A stretch of DNA of 64,000 bases from Moniliella sp. 'wahieum' (lineage: Eukaryota). The notes under the pieces are model-generated. The model did no database searches and had not been told where the DNA came from. It worked only from the letters and a program-made list of their open reading frames with translations. Shown one piece after another: positions 1-11,822 of this stretch. The DNA lies in the NCBI GenBank assembly GCA_003971905.1, contig RSEE01000023.1, forward strand, positions 248,001-312,000, in the 5' to 3' direction. Positions within the stretch are counted from its first letter, which is position 1; every line of letters starts with the position of its first letter. The position numbers were made by a program, and so were the translations under genes.

Positions 1-313
1 CTAGTTCCTGATGAACTTGGCTTTTGAGCGTCCCACCGATCCTTACCTCACAGTGGGAGGGACTCGACAAGTCGAAGAGCATTTCCCCAAACCCTTAGTT
101 CTTTCTTGCTCCGCGCCGGCATCGCTGTCCCTCATCCTCGCGATGCGCGTCGCATTCGTCTTGCTAGATTTGTCTAGTTTCATTCAGATACTAATCGATC
201 GTATTGGAATCTGAGCCGGCTGGGCTAGACAAGGAGGGGGCGGCAGTGCCCTGGAATGTGAAGCAGAAAGATATGCATAGTGGGCAAGTTCATCTCAAGC
301 CCATGGGCTGGGC

Positions 314-2131
314 TCATCCGGTGGCCACACTTGATGGTATCGGTGCAGGCACAGTCGGGGTAGGTTGCGTAGGTTGCTCATCGATTGGGGCATCTAGATC
401 AACCAATGAGGCATCGCCAGCAATGCCAGTCCCTGATCTGGGGATCGAACGTGTCGGAACCGAAGAAGGGGCGGTTGCCGCCTCGGTTGCGGAGGCCGTC
501 TGTTCAGCTTGCTTTGGGGCGCTGCTCTGCCTCGTCCGCCACCTTGGTTGCGGCTGCAGCAAACTCTTCTTTTTGAGCCTCTTGCTCGGCTGTGATTTCG
601 GCCGAGCCATAGCGCGAACTAAGAGGCACAGAGGGAACCACATTCTGCTTGAGTCCCAAGGCCGCTGGGGGCTAAATCCAGTGTTGGGACGCGATGGAGA
701 AGCGGTCGCCATAGGGCGAGGCGGTGTGGCGGTGGACGTAGGATGCCGTAGCAGAAGGTCGAGCGGACGCTGTTGGCGTGGGATGGGCCCTGGGGCTTGG
801 GTGGGACGAGGAGGGGCGGCAGTGGCGGTTTGGGATTGGTCGTGGTGCCTCAGATCAGCGGCAAAGGCTGCCGAAACAGTGCGGGCCACATCGGCCCCAA
901 AGCATAGTACCCATCATTCTCTCCGGGCGAAAACATACCCCTGTGCGCCGAAATCTCGTCTGTCGCGCGGGTCGTGACAGCCGGACAAAGGCATGATCCA
1001 GCGTGGTGTTGGCGGGCGGGAGAATGACAAACGTGCGTGACTCTTGGTCTTGGGACGAAGACGTAGGGGGGATCAGGGTATACCAGCAGCGGAAAAACAC
1101 ATTGTGGGTGCGTACCAGGCGTTCAGTTGCCTCATTCGCTCGGCATGCCCCGCAGAATCCCACAATGTTCCTACAAATGCCATGTGCTCCGCCACCCAGG
1201 TATAGCTCTCCTCCAACGTCTGGGGTCGCGCACTCCAAGCGCCAGCGGCCAAGCCAAACCCGGCAACCGCCACCGCCGCTGCACCAGCTGCAGCCCACAA
1301 ATAGCCTCCTCCGGTGGAGGGAGAAGCTACTCCACGAGAACTGCTAGAGCTTCCCCAACCAAACGCATCCCCAATGGCGGAGCTGACATCCCGTGCCGTT
1401 GACACATACTGGTTGGCTGTGTTGAAGGTGGAACCGATTGCGTTGCGAAAGACGTGTGGGTGAACGCCAAAATAAGGGGTATCAAACGCAAGTACTGCAA
1501 GGACACGGGGCCAAAGGTCGGGTAGAGAGTGGGTAGGAAGAGCGGATGCAGCAGCATCTTCGAGCAGCATACGAGCAGCATCCGTGATCACCAATCCGCC
1601 CATGGAGTGGCCGCAGAGGATGATGCGCACCGAGCCTTTTCCGCCTCCCCCGGGATGGGACTCGCGCCGGAGAACCAAGCGAGTCAGCCATTCGGAAAAC
1701 GCCTGCACCGCATCCGCCAGCTGTCCTCTGGTGTCGTACGTGGGGTAGACGACACTCTCAACACGGGACAGGTGGGGATAGGTAGCCCGGAGAACAGACT
1801 CGATCCGTGTAGGGAAGGGCCCAAAGGTACGCTCCGCACTGCCGCGAAACCCATGAACAAAGACAATCAGAAGTTCGACCTTGTTTCCAGATTGCTTCAC
1901 CCCTTCACCTCCTGCAGCGGCAGCGGCAGAGGCTGCTTGTGCTGCTTCGGGAGCGGCAAAGTCAAACTTCTCTTGCGCGTCTTCAAATTCAACGTCACTG
2001 TCTGCAGAGTCGTCAGAATCGGACGAAGGTGACTCGGGGGCAAATCGGGCGGGTTGCGAGGGACTGGAAGGTCCACCTCCAAAAGCTGCGGCAGCGGCGC
2101 GTGCCTCGGCCTCGGGATCCTCAGCACTCAT
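314..2131 (-). CDS. DUF676-like alpha/beta hydrolase (putative lipase/serine esterase); C-terminus crosses frameshifts
   Basis: ORF 1073..2140 has LIVFVHGFRG (oxyanion region), CGHSMGG (GxSxG nucleophile elbow) and AFDTPYFG. It continues through frameshifts into RTFVILPP and DEISAHRGMF, then a low-complexity tail (ORF 314..889). First ATG at 2131. Confidence 0.8.
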
Positions 2132-2631
2132 GTAATCCAAGGGTGCTGAGAAGGATGACTTAATAGTCGGATGGAGGACGGGATGATACAGAGATAGCCG
2201 GCGTTACCAGGTGGCAGCAGCGGGCCAGGCACTAGGTGTACTTAGGCGCTGCAGGCGCTACGTGGCGCACAAGCGGAGCGCAGTTGCGCAGGCCGAGCCC
2301 CTGGCTGCTTTTTTTCTTTTTGTTTTTCGCATTTTCGTTTTTTACCCCAGATCTGCTGCCTATATCCTCCTCTGAAGTGTACAAATGAGCCTATCACGAC
2401 GTCGACCGCGAAGGCCTAATTCAGGCTAGACAGATCCAATCCTTCCTCATCACTCCCAGCCACATACTTCTGGCATGCTCAACGTTACCCATTGTACAAC
2501 GCAAGCCCGTATTAGCCCCTAAATACTTGCATTAGTGGACGTCCTATACGGGAATACACGGCAGATAGAGCAGAGAAAATAGAGAAAGAACATTTTGGTA
2601 CTGTCATCTCTCGCTCGAGAGACATTAAGCT

Positions 2632-3448
2632 TTAAGCCTCCACTTCAGGAATCTTAGGGCCCTCTTGCTGTTCCCGCCATTCGCGCAAGGCTTCAATTGT
2701 GATGGCGTGCAGTCCATGCTCCTTGGCAAACGCAAGGCATGCGTCTCGGGCAGCAATACCGCCATCCTCGTTGGTGGGATCGACCAGTTCACACAACAGA
2801 CCTGCGGGGGGCTGGCCTGTAGCAAAGCACAGATCTGTCGCAAACATGGTAAGCATCCGACTCCCAGCGCGAAAACAACGGCAGAAGGAAAGCAGGCAAT
2901 AAGCGAGCCGCCAGAAATGGGTACTTACCAATGGCAGCTTCAGTGTGTCCCTGGCGCACCCGAGTGCCTCCGGGGCGGTAGCAGAGAGGGACGAGATGGC
3001 CAGGGCGGGTAAAGGACTCGGGGGTGGGCTTCTCCGGTGCCGGGGCCAACGAAGCCTGCGCGCCCTGAGCAAATCGTTTGGGGGGCGAAGGACGGACATG
3101 GGATGCGGTGGCGGCGAGCATGCGTGCGGTCAAAGCACGATCATGGGCCGAGATACCGGTAGTTGTGCCCTTGGCATAGTCAACGGTGACTGCGTACGCA
3201 GTTCGGTTGCGGTCAGTGTTGGTGGTAACCATGGGAGGGATGTCGAGTGCATCAAGGACGGTGGGGTGGCAGGGGGCACAAATGTAGCCAGAGGTGTGTT
3301 TGACGAAAAAGGCCATTTGGGCTTGGGTGATGGTCGAGCCCGAGATGATGAGGTCCCCTTCATTCTCCCGGTCTTCGCGGTCGAGCACGACGAGAAACTC
3401 GCCGCGGGCAAATGCCTCAAGGGCGTCGGGGATGGAGCTGAAGGACAT
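2632..3448 (-). CDS. RIB3: 3,4-dihydroxy-2-butanone 4-phosphate synthase (riboflavin biosynthesis); one intron 2835..2928
   Basis: Motifs VVLDREDRENEGDLII, HTSGYICAP, TTTGISAHDRALT and FTRPGHLVPL. Removing the GTAAGT...CAG intron joins HTEAAI to DLCFATGQPPAGLLCELV in frame. Confidence 0.95.
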
Positions 3449-4092
3449 GGAGGAGGGCAGGGTGAAGGGCAGAGGAGGGCTGGCAAGACGGGGGGGTATA
3501 GGGAGACGGTGGAAGAAGGGCAGGTGTGAGGTGTGAGGGCCGGTCAGGTGGCGGGAGCGCGGACATGCGCAGCCAGAAGAGTGGCGTGCGGTTTCGGACC
3601 TTCGTTTTCACACCCGGTCTCATTCCCTGGTCGGGTTGGCTAAGTTCGGGCGTACGCGCGTACGCACGCCGGGGACAAGGCCTAAGGGTGATTAGTGTGA
3701 CATGTGATGAGGTGGTTTTTACATTAGGTCAGCAGCAGGACATCATGCATCACCGGTCCCTAAGCTGGATGACATCATCGATCATCTTGGAGGCATGGTA
3801 GGGCATGGTCGATGGGGACAGCTTGCCTGTTGCCTGTTACACCGGCAGTCGGAGCGGAGCTGCCGGACCGGGGTGAAGACGATCATCGACCAGCCAGCCG
3901 GGCTTAAAGCCGGATGTATGATGCCGCAAGGATGGTTGGGGCAAGCAAGCCAGCTCACTAGTCGCTATCCATGTCCATCAGCGTTTGTGGGGCAGCTGCT
4001 CCACTTTAATACCCTCAGTGCTGGGCCTCATTCATGCACACACACACCAGCCTCTCGTATCCTCCCACCACCACTCTCCGGTCTCCTTTGCC

Positions 4093-5474
4093 ATGCCGCC
4101 GCCCCTGACCGGACTCAAGGTGGTTGAGTTCGCGGGCCTAGCGCCAGGCCCCTTTGCCGGCATGGTCTTGGCCGACTTTGGCGCGGACGTAGTGCGTGTC
4201 GATGTTCCGCCGACACCAAACGATGGTGCCAACAACGTCAACCTCGACACGCTGACCCGCCGGAAGCGCAGCGTCGCCCTCTCCCAAAACGCCCCAAGGG
4301 CTCCAAACTCTCAAACGCCTCATCTCCCAGGCCGACGTCCTTATCGATCCCTTCCGCCCGGGGGTAATGGAGCGTCTCGGTTTGGGTCCCGACGTCTTCC
4401 TGGCTCCCGACGGTGGCTTGAACCAAGGGTTGATCTATGCCCGCATCACTGGGTTCCAGCGGCAAGGGCCCTACGCCAAGATGGCCGGACACGACATCAA
4501 CTACCTTGCCCTGTCGGGAGTCCTGTCCATGCTGGGAACACGGCAGTACCGACAAAGTACCTCGGATGGACAGACAACCTGGAGGGCAGAGACGCCCCCG
4601 CCCTCACCTCCAAACTTTCTCATGGCTGACTTTGGGGGCGGTGCTATGATGTGTGTCATGGGCATCTTGATGGCCTTGTTGGCTCGCTCCAGTCGTCAGC
4701 AAGGTGGGCAAGTGGTGGAGGCCGACATGGTTTCGGGAGTGCGGTATCTCTCCACTTTCTTCCTTCAAAGTAGCTATCGCATGAACGACATTTCCTCCAA
4801 CGGAGGATCGATTTTTGGTGACGGTTCTGATGACCCAGTCGGTGAAGGAAGGGGCTCTGGATTTTTGGAGGGAGAGGCCCCCTGGTACGCGGTATACAGA
4901 GCCAAGGACGGGTTCATGTCAGTAGGAGCGCTCGAGCCCAAGTTTTTTGCTACGATGCTAGCATTGGCTGCCCATCTGAACCTGATCTAGTACAAAAACA
5001 CGCTGGACCTGCGTTGGACCCCAAGAACCAGCGCAACCGCCTATATTGGCCTCAACTGAGAGCCTATCTCGCGGAAGTGTTTGCGCGGAGAACCAGGGCC
5101 GGGTGGACGAAGGTCTTTCTTGGCTCGGACGCCTGTGTTGCCGCCGTCCTTACAAGGGACGAAGCCAACGGGGTTTCTATCGTTCCGGGAACCACCTCTG
5201 ACCATTTACTCAAGGTGTCCTGCCCCCCGTTCCTCAGGACAGTCGAGCCCAACTCAAGGAAGATGACCAGCCAGTACCACCCGGTGTGAGTCCATGTTTG
5301 AGTCGTACCCCTGCATTGACGCCTCCGGGGTCTGCGGCGTCTCTGGCCGAGACTCAAGAGATGCCTCAGTTGCTCTTGACTGCGGGACAAGACACCGAAG
5401 AAGTTCTTCATGATTGGCTCGGGCTTAACTCTCACGAAGCCAGCCTCATCGTGGCTGCCCAGGCCAAACTCTGA
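4093..5474 (+). CDS. CoA-transferase family III / alpha-methylacyl-CoA racemase-like enzyme, probably peroxisomal (C-terminal AKL); frameshifted in the assembly
   Basis: [76 protein letters not shown] and [11 protein letters not shown]. The last ORF ends AQAKL*, a PTS1-type tripeptide. Confidence 0.9.
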
Positions 5475-5879
5475 GTTTCGGTAGTGACTCTTGAATCATG
5501 AATTTCGTTGGGTTCTGCTAATGGCGCTGATGCCCATCATCATCTGGCAAGCGCATGTTGAAGACGGTGAGAAACGTGACATGCATGGCCGGTGACAACA
5601 CCTTTCGGATGTCTCGCTGAGCTTTTATTCTAACGTGCTCTAGGTTTTGCAGACCTACTATGAAGACCTGAATGGGACGCTGTAGAGGATAAGTGTAGTC
5701 TTATAGAGTTAACTATTCCAACTACGCCGAACAGAACCCTCTTGAGGGAGGCCAGGGGCCCGGTCTCAGTCTGGTCCATCTGGAATGGAATCATGGAAAG
5801 CTGCAGAACAAGAACAAAATTGTCGTCGACCTGTTTACTGTGGTGCGCTGGGAAGCTTGCAGCATGCGGTGAAGATGGT

Positions 5880-8125
5880 TTACTGGTTGTCTTCCAAGAT
5901 TAGATCCGCACCAACCTCGGCGATGCCATATGTGATGGTCATGAGGTGTTGGGACATGGACAGGGGCGGGACAGAGGAGTCCACGACTCGGAGTCCATCC
6001 GTGTTGTACACCCGCAGTCGCTCGTCCACCACCCCGCCGTACTTGAGAGGCAATTGAGAGCACGAACTGCTAGGATGGTATTCAGTCCCAAAATGTTGTT
6101 GAATGTACGTGTTCCAATCATCTTCAGATTGAACATTGGTCCCCGGCGATGTCTCTGTCCCCGTAAACTCATTCAAGGGGGCCGAATTGCCAAGCTGGCG
6201 AGCCAACTGGCACCCATGCCGAAGAATTTGCAGGTCGATCGCGTTACGCACATAGGACGCATCAACCAGGGGGTGATCAAACGCATTGGTCGAATTAATC
6301 TTGACCGATCCTTGCGACGTGGGGTGCTGCAGACCACACTGGATATTCATGTTCCCCCACGAGATTGACCACAAGATCTCCACCGCCGGCGCATCCGCCG
6401 CAAAAAACCGTATGAGCAATCTCTTGCAGTGCGCCTTGTACCCAGCCTTCACCGTAGACGGAGCATCATACTCGTCTACGAACTGGTCAATGTTGAGGAA
6501 ATGTTGTTGATTGCCCAATCAAGCTTGAGCAATTTGGAAAGAGGAGTGTACAGCACCGCCGAGTTAACATAGCTGTTGTTCACCGCGCTGGACGTCACCT
6601 CATCGGGTGGCATGGCGATGGAGCTGTTCTTGGGCCGGAAGGTCACCCCCCCACTAAGGTGGTCTTGCAGGTGATAGCCCACACCGGGCACATCCGCAAC
6701 TTGACTGATATTGAGAGGATCAAGAATTGATTTGTCTGCCACGCCAGAGAGCTGCAACAGCTGAGGCGAACCAATCACGCCAGCAGCCAAGATGACTTCT
6801 TTGGCGGCATGGACTGTGTGTGTTTTGGCGTCGGGATGCTGAGCAAGTTGGACACCAGTTGCCCGCGTGGATCCGGACGTGTCAAACACAATCTTAGTGG
6901 CTTGATGGGAAGTGAGGACGTGCAGGTTCGACCGCTGCAGAGGGTCGAGGAAGGCTGTGCGGGAGAAAGAGCGGGTCCAATTGGAAGGGTTGATGCTGCT
7001 CAAGGCGAGGAAGGGCCCCGAATTGTTTCCACCATAAGGGTCTTGGTTGATGGGGATGCCCGACTGATTCTCGGCAGATTGTAGGAAGGCACCTACTGAA
7101 GGATACTCTCGATTCCAGGCCATGTGTGATGGATGCCCACGGAATTGGTCCCATGGGAGCTCTCATGTTGTAAGGAATAAGAGTAGAGTCGTGACCGGAC
7201 ACGCCCTTGTGCATCTCACTTTCGATTCCGTTTTGTGGAGGAGAAAAGTTTTCGCTCTTCTTCATGGCGTTATGCACGTTATCCCACCCCCACAGCTGCT
7301 GGGCATCATCTCCATGACGAGAGCATATTTGCCCAGGCCTCTTGCTCCACCTCCGCTGGCGTACAAGATACATGCCGTTAATTGCTCGACCCCCCCAACG
7401 TCTTGCCCCTGGGCCAGGGTACCGTGCGGCCTTGTAGACCACTTTGCTTGGTAGTGACATATTGCCAATCTTTCGAGGTGCCCACGGATGAGTTGTACAA
7501 CTTCAAACAGATGTTGAGGTTAGCTTTCGATATAGAAATCTCGAGAACATGGCTCTCGGGAGAGAGGCAGCAGAGAGAGGGCGTACCATAGCATTGGGGG
7601 TGGTGAGCGTCGTGTCGTGCAAGTTGGCATTGCCAGCCTCCAGGACAACTACGGTGTTGGACGGGTCGGCCGATAGACGATTTGCCAGCGTCAGTCCAGC
7701 AGTACCGCCACCGACAATGACTGTAGGTAGTACAAAAAAGGCATACACATATGAAATACGTTAGTGTACCAAGTCATATATTGCATACACATGTGCGCAC
7801 ACGGTCTGTTGTCTCGTGCGTTCTCAATGATTAGGACGGAGGGAAGGAGATGGAAGAAGCGATTACGCACCATAGTCAAAGGTTTGACCATCAAAGGGGA
7901 TGGCATTGTTGGATATTCCGGCAGGTGGGGTGGCGCGGGCGCCTGCATGACGATTGATCCGTCGCTCAAAGCGGACGAGATGAAGGGGGATAATGATAAT
8001 GGTTGTCCGCAGCTTGAATTGGCGTGCTTGCCACAGCAAAGAGGGTGGTGATGACAGCAACGACGAGAGTAAGGTGACGCGCGACGCGGCGACGCGTGTC
8101 TGCGTTCTGCTGGGATACGTGCCAT
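5880..8125 (-). CDS. GMC oxidoreductase (glucose oxidase / aryl-alcohol oxidase-like flavoenzyme), probably secreted; introns 7721..7870 and 7501..7586
   Basis: Splicing gives FDYVIVGGGTAG (FAD-binding GxGxxG). Also AINGMY, EVILAAGVIGSPQLLQLSG, VGYHLQDH and TEYHPSSSC...GGVVDERLRVYNTDGLRVVDSS...SQHL (His/His active-site pair). The hydrophobic N-terminal stretch is broken by frameshifts. Confidence 0.9.
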
Positions 8126-9226
8126 GATACAGTATATGGGACGTGGTGTCGGTGGTTGTACAGTTGAAAAAGAAGGTGGAGAGAGAAGGCGGGGGGGGGG
8201 GGGGAGTAGAAGCGGTGGCGGTGGATAGCAGCCCGAGGTAGCAGCAATCGTCGTCAGAAGGTACGGACGACCCACTGTGCTGGAGATGGGATGGAGAGAG
8301 GACACCGGATGGTTCCATCATCTTATACCATCCACAAACACGACGTACCACCACTACTGCGCCACATCCCTCCACATCGACCCTGGTCATCCGTGTGTGA
8401 CAGCGCCCATTCACCAGCTCGTTGATTGTAAAGGTGCAGTGGCACTGCCGTGGCGCTTTCGGTGGCTGCTGGTGGGGTCTTCGCACCCGGCGGGTGGGGC
8501 CTTCGCATCCGGGGTGGGGCCCCAACCGCACGGGGGCAGTGCTCAGCCCTGTCCCCACGGAACAGGATTATATTTTGTAGCCGAGTTCCTCAGACGTGTG
8601 TCAATCATACTCTTCCGGTTGTGGAGCTAAGCGCTAAGTGCTGCGAAGCCCGATGCGAATAGTATGTGCTGCGGCCTTCTGTGGCAGAGGCTGTGGCTGC
8701 TCCACCACACGTCTCGGCTTTCAAGCCCAGGGGCGGCCTCAGGCTGAGGCCTCACCGGCACCGGGCCATAGCCGCACAGACAACCTGATTGTGGACGAGA
8801 GGAACGAATGAGACAGTGCTATATTGTTGGTGCTTATTTCTTGGCGCTTTTTTGCGATGTACATCAACGTATTAACGGTTCAGCCATGATCGACATGATC
8901 AAGTGGATTACTGGTAAGCCCTCAGCGTTAATATCAACAGTATATATAACTGCTGTTACATCATTCGGACAACCCCAGCCTCTCTTCTCCGCGCTATAAG
9001 AAGACCTTAGGGCCTAAGGTCTAATAACTCCTCGCGGGCGCAGTTCGATGTCATGATCGACATGATCAGCGAAGTGACGCCCATTTTTAAAACGTTGGGC
9101 CCTTATTGGGCTTACGCGTTATGCGTATTCTACGCGCTATATGAATAGCCTCTGTTGTTCTGTAATAGCCAGACGCATCCTATTGCACACAGCCTTTTTA
9201 TGAATTTCGGAACAGAGCGGGGATAC

Positions 9227-9482
9227 TGATGAGAATCGGAGACCTGAAGTCCGGATGTGGTCATCGAGGATGATGCAATCATGCTGCTGGTGGCGGTTGT
9301 CTAAGCCAGCCAGCAACCGTTACAGAGGAGAACATCAAGTCGCGAGTCGCCACCAGGGGCTATAGTAGTTTAAACTACGGAACAAGGAAAAACAGGAGAG
9401 AAAAGACAACGGAACTCCTATAAGTGCATGAGGAGGAGCCGAAGGGACGTTGGACAAGCACGAGCCACCCGGTGGCTCAACA
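9227..9482 (-). mobile_element. Solo LTR, family A, copy 1 (256 bp); TSD GATAC
   Basis: Ends TGATGAG...CTCAACA (TG..CA, imperfect inverted ends). GATAC at 9222-9226 and 9483-9487. Aligns with 11585..11822 (reverse) and 21813..22041. Strand is inferred. Confidence 0.85.
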
Positions 9483-9827
9483 GATACCCCAATTAGTACA
9501 ATCAGTACTCAGTTTGAGTACTCAGTACTTGGTACTCAATCTCTCGTACCCCCTCGGGGTTGCTAAAACCCACCGCATTCGCACGGATTAATGGGACGAA
9601 TGTTTTGCAGTAGAGCGTTACGCCCTACTGGGCTTCACCGGTCACCCCTTTTCACCTTTAACTAGTTACTGGTCATGATGTATGGCCAGCCGAGACGAAC
9701 AAATAGCCTGTCTCTTTTTTTGGGCGAGCTCAAGGTGTGGATGGATATACGGATAGAAGAGGACAAGCATCTTGTTGTGGTACGTTTTACTCTTCGTGTT
9801 ACGTTTTTCATTTTGGCAAAACATCGA

Positions 9828-9925
9828 GTTCCATTAGCTCAGTTGGCTAGAGCGTCCGACTGTTACACAGACGGCCTGTGCCCTATGGTATCGGGAGGTC
9901 GTTGGTTCGAGCCCAACATGGAACG
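9828..9925 (+). tRNA. tRNA-Asn(GTT) with a ~24-nt intron
   Basis: Acceptor stem GTTCCAT/ATGGAAC plus G discriminator; D-arm AGCTCAGTTGGCTAGAGC; anticodon stem TCCGA/TCGGG around CT-GTT-A[intron]A; T-arm GTTGG-TTCGAGC-CCAAC; T-run just downstream. Confidence 0.93.
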
Positions 9926-10472
9926 TATTTTTGTCCCTTAACCAATTTTGTTCGCTCGTTTTTTCACTGCACACTCTTCTCTACGAGAATGGGTCGCTCA
10001 GCGGGTTGAGGCTCAACAAGCATTTTGCGAACGCCTTGTTGACACCATTCATCATCGTCATCATCAGGGTAATCCTGAACCTATTCGATCTAACATCGAT
10101 CGGGCGAACAATATGTATAGGGTAGAGGTTCACCATGATCAGGAGCTATATAGGAAGGAGCTATGTGTAACGGTGTGACCTCCGAGCGATGACAACCTTG
10201 AGTGACGGGGCCGAGAGGGGGCCAGTCCTCTGGCTTGTTGGGCAAAAGGGCTAGAGGCGTAGGCCCGAGGCGAGAGCTTCGTACCTTGGGCGCATTAACT
10301 ATGGGGGGCCCTACACTTTCCGGATCCCCTCTCACCAAACTAAACGGCATCCATCATCGCCATTTCTGAATTTCGATCCACTTGAAGGCACTGGGCTGGC
10401 GCCTCGAGTAGGACTTCACTACAAGGTGGTGAAACGAAGTTGAGAAGTGGGATGGACCATAACCAGCGGAAT

Positions 10473-11010
10473 TTAGACCGTGCCCGCCTTGTCAATCACG
10501 ATCTTTCCCTTGGTCGTACCGCTTTGAGAGCCAAGCTTCTCGATCTCCTTGACCACGTCAAAGCCCTCGACCACTTCGCCAAAGACGACGTGCTTGCCGT
10601 CCAGCCAGGGAGTGGTGACAGTGGTGATGAAGAACTGGCTGCCGTTCGTGTTGGGGCCAGCGTTGGCCATGGAGAGAAGGCCGGGGCGGTCGTGGCGGAT
10701 GCGGAAGTTCTCGTCGGGGAAGGTGCGGCCGTAGATGGACTTGCCGCCAGTGCCGTTGAAGTGGTAAAGTCACCGCCTTGGAGCATAAAGTGAGGAATGA
10801 CACGGTGGAAGATCGAGCCCTCGTAGCCAAAGCCATGCTTCTTGGTGGCCAACTCACGGAAGTTCTGCGCCGTCTTGGGCACCTGTGGTCGTACAACTTG
10901 AACACAATCCGACCCAGCGGCGAGCCGTTGACCGACGTGTCAAAGAAGACGTTCGAGTCCTTGAGGATCCGGGCCGTCGAAGCAAACTGCCGCACAAAGG
11001 AGGGACGCAT
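10473..11010 (-). CDS. Cyclophilin-type peptidyl-prolyl isomerase with a probable mitochondrial presequence; 5'UTR intron 11013..11120; frameshifted in the assembly
   Basis: [16 protein letters not shown] (Arg-rich, no acidic residues), [38 protein letters not shown] and [33 protein letters not shown]. Confidence 0.95.
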
Positions 11011-11197
11011 CTCTGCAGGCGTAAATGTCAGCATTCATAGTGCAACGCGATAGAGTACGCGTGTGGCTGCAGGTGTAGCGGTGTAGCTGCCTTATTCCCC
11101 TGCACACGAGAGAGACATACTTTACCAGCAAGAGGTCGGAGTGGTGGTGGAGAAGAGATGAGCGGTCGGCTTCTTGTAGAAGGAAATGGGACCGGGA

Positions 11198-11263
11198 CAA
11201 ACCCTAACCCCTAGCCCACCCTTCTCAACCCTAGAGGATGCTTGGTAAGCAACCTAACCCTAC
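11198..11263 (+). promoter_or_regulatory. Cluster of telomere-like CCCTA(A) boxes upstream of the cyclophilin gene (possible telobox)
   Basis: AAACCCTAACCCCTAG, AACCCTAG and AACCTAACCCTA within 65 bp, just 5' of the cyclophilin first exon. Function is inferred. Confidence 0.35.
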
Positions 11264-11584
11264 TCCTCAACGCCCGTGCACCAGCCACGCCTGCGTCACG
11301 CGTCATCTCACCCAGTGGCGGTCACCGGTCACTAGTGACTTGTGACATGCGACAGTCCCTGGAGCCACTAGTCACTAGTCACGTGAAGCTTGAAGCTTGA
11401 CTAGTGCGCGCCCGGCCTTGCGGCATCATCAAAAACCGCCTCCTGAAGAGCGATAGGAAAGAGCTTCATCCGCGTTCCAGAGAGGGTGGAGGTATTGGCA
11501 GCGTTTCCGAGTTTTCGGAACGCATATCCGTGACATAGTGGCCGCAATATGCTCATTCCCTCGCGATTCCATCAAGTTCTTGTG

Positions 11585-11822
11585 TGTTGAGCCATCAGGC
11601 CTGAGGTGGCTCGTGCATTGGCCAAAATGTCCCTTCAGTTCCTCCTCAGGCCTGGGAGTTCCGTTGTTTTCTCTCCTGTTTTTCCTTGTTCCGCAACTTA
11701 GCCCCTGGTGGCGACTCGCTGCTTGATGTTCCTCTGTAGGCGTTGCTGATTGGCTTAGACCACCACCACCATCAGTGCGATTGCATCACCCTCGAGGACC
11801 ATCTGGACTCCAGGTCTCATCA
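11585..11822 (+). mobile_element. Solo LTR, family A, copy 2 (238 bp); TSD TTGTG
   Basis: Starts TGTTGAG and ends CTCATCA. TTGTG at 11580-11584 and 11823-11827. Reverse complement of copies 1 and 3. Confidence 0.88.

Noticed and set aside
48..183. Possible first exon on the - strand (MKLDKSSKTN...) ending at a GTAAGG donor
   Set aside because: It is cut by the window edge and has no recognisable homology.
2632..8125. RIB3, CoA-transferase and FAD-dependent GMC oxidase as a metabolic gene cluster
   Set aside because: There is no backbone enzyme, transporter or regulator, and predicted locations differ (cytosol, peroxisome, secreted). Adjacency alone is not evidence.
10166..10315. TGTAACGG...CCCTACA as another solo LTR downstream of tRNA-Asn
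   Set aside because: The flanks (CTATG and CTTTC) are not a TSD, and there is no second copy in the window.
11198..11212. CCCTAACCC as a telomerase RNA template
   Set aside because: It is only a 9-mer in a promoter, with no recognisable pseudoknot or CR4/5-like element. A telobox is the simpler reading.
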